From: an uncultured Ignavibacteriota bacterium
Lineage (GTDB): Bacteria > Bacteroidota > Ignavibacteria > UBA10030 > UBA8401
Direction: 5' to 3'
DNA: 64,000 nt
Assembly: GCA_903884005.1 (NCBI GenBank)
Contig: CAISDA010000072.1
Location: 95,522 to 159,521 of the forward strand
This document shows, one piece after another, positions 59,174 through 64,000 of the stretch. The notes under the pieces are model-generated. The model was given only the letters and a program-made list of their open reading frames with translations. It was not told where the DNA came from and did no database searches. Position 1 is the stretch's first letter; every line of letters begins with the position of its first letter. The translations under genes were made by a program, and so were the position numbers.

Positions 59174-60730
59174 TTATCGCGGTTTTATGAGTGAATACGA
59201 AAGACGGAGTGTATCGTTTCTGGGAACCGACACTTCGCTCACAACGTCTGTGAATCCCGGATTATGAAGCCTGAGCTTTCGTTTCCCGGCGGTCATGATG
59301 ATGGGTTTTTCCATCGGCGTCGTATCGCGATAGAGGTCGTCGACATAGACTTCGGCCCAGGGGACGACGGTGACGATGAGATACCCCGCCGTCTCAAAAA
59401 AATTCACTGCAACGGCCTGCTGCGCTCCCGGTGCGGCGGCAATCGTCTTCACGATCGGCAGGAAGTGCGGATTGGTAAAATTGAGCGTATGCGTTCCAGC
59501 CCGCACGGTGAGGGCGCCGGCGAGCGGCGTTTCTCCGACGTATTGGTTATCCAGAAATACTTTCGCCCATGGCGAACACGTCACGATAACACCCGATGAA
59601 TCTTTCGCCGCAGCGTTCGCCTCCGATGCCGGGGTGCGCGTCGCCGCGACAGCCGGCAATGCGACATGCTCCCGTACATTCCCGGGCGGCGGATTCGAGG
59701 CATCTGCGGGCGTGTCCGATGTGTGCTCGCGCACGGAGTCCCGGCCGGCCGCCAGTGGCTGCAACGCGCCGGAATTCGCAGAAGTTCCGTTCTCCGATCG
59801 GAACATGAACCACGCGAGAGCAGCGATCAGCAGAGGGAGCACGAGGAGCAAGGCAGTCACTGTCATGCGCACGTAGCGGCGTTCCGGCTGCGGCGCGCGC
59901 TGTTGCGTCGGCCGCTGGATTTTTTCGGGCTCACCATGAAGCGCGTTCAATGCGGCGTCGGCCGACGGGAAGCGTTGTTCCCGATCGGGATGCATCATTT
60001 TTTTAATCGCGTCCGCGCACATCCGGTCTGCAACAAGCGCGTCGACCGAGGCAACGTCGAAGTGGAGAATGTTATTGATGCATGCGGAATAGGTCGCGCC
60101 TTCAAAAATTCTCCGGCCGGTGAGGAGTTCAATGAATGTTGTGCCGAGTGAAAACAGATCGGACCGTTCATCGGCGGCTTCGCCGCGTATGTGTTCCGGA
60201 GGAAGGTATGCCGGCGTGCCGAGCACGGCTCCCTCCATGGTGACCGTTTGTGAGACGGACATTGCAGCAAGCCCGAAGTCCGTCACTTTAATGTGCCCGG
60301 TTTCGGTGACAAGAATATTGCCGGGCTTGATATCCCGATGGATCACGCCGCACGCGTGGGCGGCGCGCAGTGCGTTGAGCGTCTCGACAATGATCCGGCG
60401 CGCTTTGTCGGCCGGCATCGGCCCGTCGGATGCGAGCACATCTTTGAGCGATGCGCCGTCAACATATTCCATGACGATCGCGGGAGCCCCGTCGATCTCC
60501 GTCAGGTCGTACACCTGCACGACAAATTCTGAACGGATCAGCGCGCACGCGCGCGCTTCCCGTCTGAACCGTTCGGCAAGCGTATCGTCGTCGATGAGGT
60601 GCTTATGAAGAATTTTCAGGAGGACCGTCCGGTTGAGCACGGACTGATGTGCCTTGTAGACGGTCGTCGTTGCACTCTCGTTGAGCGTTTCCTGAATAAT
60701 GAATTGACGTTCCTTCACCCGTCGCTCCAT
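59174..60730 (-). CDS. Membrane Hanks-type Ser/Thr kinase with two C-terminal PEGA domains
   Basis: LLK, RREAR, HRDIKPGN, DFG, GTPAYLPPE, SDLFSLG, one TM, two PWA.V..D...TP repeats. Confidence 0.93.
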   Translation of the reverse strand: MERRVKERQFIIQETLNESATTTVYKAHQSVLNRTVLLKILHKHLIDDDTLAERFRREARACALIRSEFVVQVYDLTEIDGAPAIVMEYVDGASLKDVLASDGPMPADKARRIIVETLNALRAAHACGVIHRDIKPGNILVTETGHIKVTDFGLAAMSVSQTVTMEGAVLGTPAYLPPEHIRGEAADERSDLFSLGTTFIELLTGRRIFEGATYSACINNILHFDVASVDALVADRMCADAIKKMMHPDREQRFPSADAALNALHGEPEKIQRPTQQRAPQPERRYVRMTVTALLLVLPLLIAALAWFMFRSENGTSANSGALQPLAAGRDSVREHTSDTPADASNPPPGNVREHVALPAVAATRTPASEANAAAKDSSGVIVTCSPWAKVFLDNQYVGETPLAGALTVRAGTHTLNFTNPHFLPIVKTIAAAPGAQQAVAVNFFETAGYLIVTVVPWAEVYVDDLYRDTTPMEKPIIMTAGKRKLRLHNPGFTDVVSEVSVPRNDTLRLSYSLIKPR

Positions 60731-62190
60731 TCTTTCAATCTGTATTGCAGCCACCGCAGCGACACGCCGAGACGTTCAGCCGTGCGCGTCCGGTTGTCCC
60801 CCATTTCCTGAAGCGTCGTTTCGATGATGTGGCGTTCAAAATCGGCGAGTGTCATGTTCGCCTTCTGGAGCGTTCGAGCATCGCCCTGCTGCAGTGTCAG
60901 GTCTTCGGGCATCAGCACAGGGCCGCGGCAGAGCACCACAGCCCGCTCGATCGTGTTCTGCAATTCCCGTACGTTCCCCTGCCACTGGTTGGCAATGAGG
61001 AATTCCATGGCGCTCGCATGGATCGATTGCACATCGCGCTTATGTGTCAGGCACGACTTGCGGAAATAATACTCGGCCAGCAGCGGAATGTCCTCCCTCC
61101 GGTCGCGCAGCGGAGGCAGGTGCACCGACACGACATTCAGCCGGAAATACAGATCGTCCCGGAACGTGCCCGCGCGTATCCCTTCCTGCAGATCCTTGTT
61201 TGTCGCCGCAAGGATGCGGACGTTGATTTTTTTCGATTCCACGCCGCCGACCTTCCGGATCTCACGTTCTTGGAATGCACGGAGTACTTTCGACTGCAGC
61301 AACAGGGGCAGGTCTCCGACTTCGTCGAGGAACAGTGTGCCGCCGTCGGCGACCTCGAACAGGCCTTTCTTTTCGGCATGGGCGCCGGTGAACGATCCGC
61401 GCATATGGCCGAAGAGTTCGCTTTCCATCAATGCTTCGGGGATCGCCGAACAATTCACCGCCACGAACGGAAACGATTTCCTCGGACCGTTGTCGTGAAT
61501 TGCCCGCGCGATCAGTTCCTTCCCGGTTCCGCTTTCGCCGGTGATCAGCACCGAGACATCGACATCGAGCACGCGGTTCACCACATCGAGCGCCTCCTGC
61601 CACCGTTTGCTCGTGCCGATGAGGCCCGTGAAGAGCAGTGCCGGTGCCACCGTCGTGCGGAGCCTGCGATTTTCATTTTGCAGCACGGCAAATTCTTTCG
61701 CATTCGCGATGGCGATCGATGCGACATGACAGAAGACCGTTAAAAATCTCAGCGACTCGTCCGTGAACGCCTGCCGCGACCGTGTGCTGTCGAGATACAC
61801 GGCGCCCACAGTGCGATCCTGCGACCGAAGCGGCAGGCAGATGATGGATAATATTTTTTGTGCGATGATGCTCGTCGACGCTTCAAAGCGCTCGTCTGCC
61901 AGAGCGTCGAAGGTGAGCACGGGGATTCCGGTGGTAAGGACATTTTTCACCACGGAGGACGACGCCGCCAGCACCCCCGGCGCATCGGGTGAAGAAAAAT
62001 TTTTGGCGGCGGCGACGCGCACATTATGCTCCGCGCTGCCGTCGTCGAAAAGAATGAATCCGCGTTCGGCCTCGAGGTGCGTCATGGCAATCGTGAGGAC
62101 CTGGTCCAGCAGTTCCACCGGATCCAGGATCGATGTGATTCGCTGTGTCACTTCGTACAGGGCGTTGAAATTATCTTTTGAGGCCATCAT
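60715..62190 (-). CDS. GAF-domain sigma54-dependent transcriptional activator
   Basis: N-terminal GAF, GESGTGKE, ESELFGHMRGSFTGA, FRDDLYFRL, WQGNVREL, Fis-type HTH. Confidence 0.95.
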   Translation of the reverse strand: MMASKDNFNALYEVTQRITSILDPVELLDQVLTIAMTHLEAERGFILFDDGSAEHNVRVAAAKNFSSPDAPGVLAASSSVVKNVLTTGIPVLTFDALADERFEASTSIIAQKILSIICLPLRSQDRTVGAVYLDSTRSRQAFTDESLRFLTVFCHVASIAIANAKEFAVLQNENRRLRTTVAPALLFTGLIGTSKRWQEALDVVNRVLDVDVSVLITGESGTGKELIARAIHDNGPRKSFPFVAVNCSAIPEALMESELFGHMRGSFTGAHAEKKGLFEVADGGTLFLDEVGDLPLLLQSKVLRAFQEREIRKVGGVESKKINVRILAATNKDLQEGIRAGTFRDDLYFRLNVVSVHLPPLRDRREDIPLLAEYYFRKSCLTHKRDVQSIHASAMEFLIANQWQGNVRELQNTIERAVVLCRGPVLMPEDLTLQQGDARTLQKANMTLADFERHIIETTLQEMGDNRTRTAERLGVSLRWLQYRLKEWSDG

Positions 62191-63185
62191 AGGTTCACGA
62201 TAAAGGATGATTCTTTCGATTGCGCGATATTGCCATATTCATCCACGATCGAGATCGTCCAGAAATACAATCCCGCCTGCAGTACTGCGGGGTATTGAAA
62301 CGTTCTCACGTAAGAGCCGATGGCCGACTGTGACCACACAGCGGTTTGCGTGCCGGCATCGAGGCGAACAACCGCGATCGAATACGAAAAAGGAAAAAGG
62401 GACGACGGCGGTGTCCATTTGAATTCGGGCGACGATAACGCCGTATCCTGCGCGGCGGGATAGACCGGTACGGCTTCGTCATCAATGATACGCGCGGCGA
62501 ATGCCGGCGCGCTCACACCCACGGCGCCGCTTTTATCGCGAGCCCGGATCGTGCACGGCCTGCCGATCAGCCATTCCAGCGTGTTGGTTGGCAGCTGCGA
62601 TGCGTACAGAGTCGCTTGAAAATTTTTTCCCGTCACCGAGTAGGACATGCTGAAGTTCAGCGAATCCACACTGATCCAGACCGAGTCCAGGTCGCTGACC
62701 CCGTTGAGATCGTCCGCGCTTGCGCTGATGGATGCCGAGTAGATCGGGTTTGGCCACCACAGATCGATCTTCCGGGTCACGATGCGCACAGCAGAGAGAG
62801 CCGGCACCGCATTGAGCTCGATCGTCAGCTGCCGCGATTCGCCGCGGGCGAGCGTGACTGCCGCAGTATCCGTGACAAAATTATTTTTACGGATCACGAC
62901 GGCCTGCACGGCGGTCGACGGATTCTGAAAGACAAAATAGCCGAGCGAATCGGTGACGGCAATTGCCGCGCCGGGGAGCATGGAAACGAATGCCCCGGCG
63001 ACTCCGACCGACAGTTGGTTCTTCAGCACGACCCTGCCGGAGAGACTTGCCCCGGAGAGCGGATTTGCCGAGAGCGGATCGAGCGGATTGTCGTGCGGCA
63101 CATCAGACACGCATCCGTTCCACGCGACCGCACACACGCAGGCAAGCCCGATCATTTTATTGATGATAGAGAGAGTGCAGCGCAT
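62187..63185 (-). CDS. Lipoprotein with carboxypeptidase-regulatory-like and Ig-like domains
   Basis: Lipobox-like WNG-C followed by PHDNPLDP; TDSLGYF; start 63185 or 63155; 4-nt overlap with the activator. Confidence 0.78.
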   Translation of the reverse strand: MRCTLSIINKMIGLACVCAVAWNGCVSDVPHDNPLDPLSANPLSGASLSGRVVLKNQLSVGVAGAFVSMLPGAAIAVTDSLGYFVFQNPSTAVQAVVIRKNNFVTDTAAVTLARGESRQLTIELNAVPALSAVRIVTRKIDLWWPNPIYSASISASADDLNGVSDLDSVWISVDSLNFSMSYSVTGKNFQATLYASQLPTNTLEWLIGRPCTIRARDKSGAVGVSAPAFAARIIDDEAVPVYPAAQDTALSSPEFKWTPPSSLFPFSYSIAVVRLDAGTQTAVWSQSAIGSYVRTFQYPAVLQAGLYFWTISIVDEYGNIAQSKESSFIVNL

Positions 63186-64000
63186 CGTCCACATTCGTAA
63201 AATGAAATTGAAATCCCGCGGCACATAACGCTTCGGGAAGGGCATTCTGCCCTGTCAGGAGCATATCCGACGCTTCGCCGAGCATCGCCTTCAGCACAAA
63301 CGACGGCACACGCGTCCAGCTTGGCCGATGGAGCGCCGCGCCCAGCGAGGCGCAAAAAAATTTCATCGTCACCGGATTCGGCGCGCTGCAATTATACGGA
63401 CCGGCGATCGCGCCATGCCGGATCGGAAACACGATGGCACGAACGAGGTCATCAATGTGTATCCACGGCATGATCTGTTTTCCGGAACCAAGATAGCCGC
63501 CCGCCATGGTATAAAATGGGATCGCCATTTTTTGCAGTGCCCCGCCGTCCCGTCCGAGGGCGATCGCAAAGCGCGGCGCGGCGACGCGGACGCCGAGCGC
63601 GGATGCAGCGGCGGCGGCAGCCTCCCATTGGACAGTCAGTTCAGCAAGAAAGCCCCTGCCCGGAGGAGTGCGTTCCGATACGCTGCGGTCATCGCAGTCG
63701 CCGTAATATCCGACCGCCGATGCGGAAACGAACACCCCGGGCCTCTTCACGGCGTTCCGCATGGCATAGACCAGCGCAGTGGTGGCACCGATGCGGCTCT
63801 CCGTCAATTCGTGCTTGACCCTGTCCGTCCAGCGCGCGGCGAAGAGGCTTTTTCCGGCGAGGTTAATGACGGCATCGGTCGTTTCCATTTCGGTGCACCA
63901 TGCACCGGACGTGCGCGCATCCCACTGAACGTACCTGACGGCGGCCCCGCCCATCGTCATCGCAGGTCGTGGTTTTCTCGTCAGCACGACGATCTCGCAT
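63157..64000 (-). CDS. TIGR01777-family NAD-dependent epimerase/oxidoreductase; start lies beyond the window edge
   Basis: DAVINLAG, SRIGAT, SASAVGYYG, LGSGKQIMPWIHIDD, GPYN; frame open to base 64000. Confidence 0.93.
   Translation of the reverse strand, partial: CEIVVLTRKPRPAMTMGGAAVRYVQWDARTSGAWCTEMETTDAVINLAGKSLFAARWTDRVKHELTESRIGATTALVYAMRNAVKRPGVFVSASAVGYYGDCDDRSVSERTPPGRGFLAELTVQWEAAAAAASALGVRVAAPRFAIALGRDGGALQKMAIPFYTMAGGYLGSGKQIMPWIHIDDLVRAIVFPIRHGAIAGPYNCSAPNPVTMKFFCASLGAALHRPSWTRVPSFVLKAMLGEASDMLLTGQNALPEALCAAGFQFHFTNVDDALHSLYHQ

Overview
Chromosomal-looking window from a bacterium that is probably FCB-group and Ignavibacteria-like. This is inferred from two type IX secretion C-terminal domains (NYPNPFNPST...), a TonB-dependent receptor, an MCP and NifJ-type PFOR. 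About 49 CDS are supported; I saw no rRNA, tRNA or CRISPR array. Left to right: two membrane sensor genes; a subclass A2-type class A beta-lactamase; a tandem-domain HExxE protein; SurA/PpiD, aroK and aroB; a TonB receptor opposite a MacA/MacB-permease/TolC set; PTS IIA, hisS, lgt and rlmB; a T9SS beta-propeller protein; an MCP; a central-metabolism block (nifJ, ferredoxin, cytochrome c, pckG) next to a PAS kinase/NtrC-family pair; a heterodimeric ABC exporter; YgiQ radical SAM, GH20 and a deacetylase; a SET-domain protein; an IS481-derived ORF; a CarH-type B12 regulator heading a carotenoid glycoside-ester operon; and a lipoprotein / sigma54 activator / Ser-Thr kinase / TPR / T9SS-cargo module. 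Most notable: (1) the full-length IS481-type ORF has all three DDE positions substituted and no visible IS ends, so it is a candidate domesticated transposase, sitting just upstream of the SET gene; (2) two sigma54 promoters each carry a matching 16+14+16-bp double site at exactly the same distance, suggesting a local regulon over the PEP/pyruvate node; (3) the kinase/sigma54/T9SS module has its own canonical sigma54 box; (4) two families of small dispersed repeats. All family assignments were made by eye from motifs; no database search was run.
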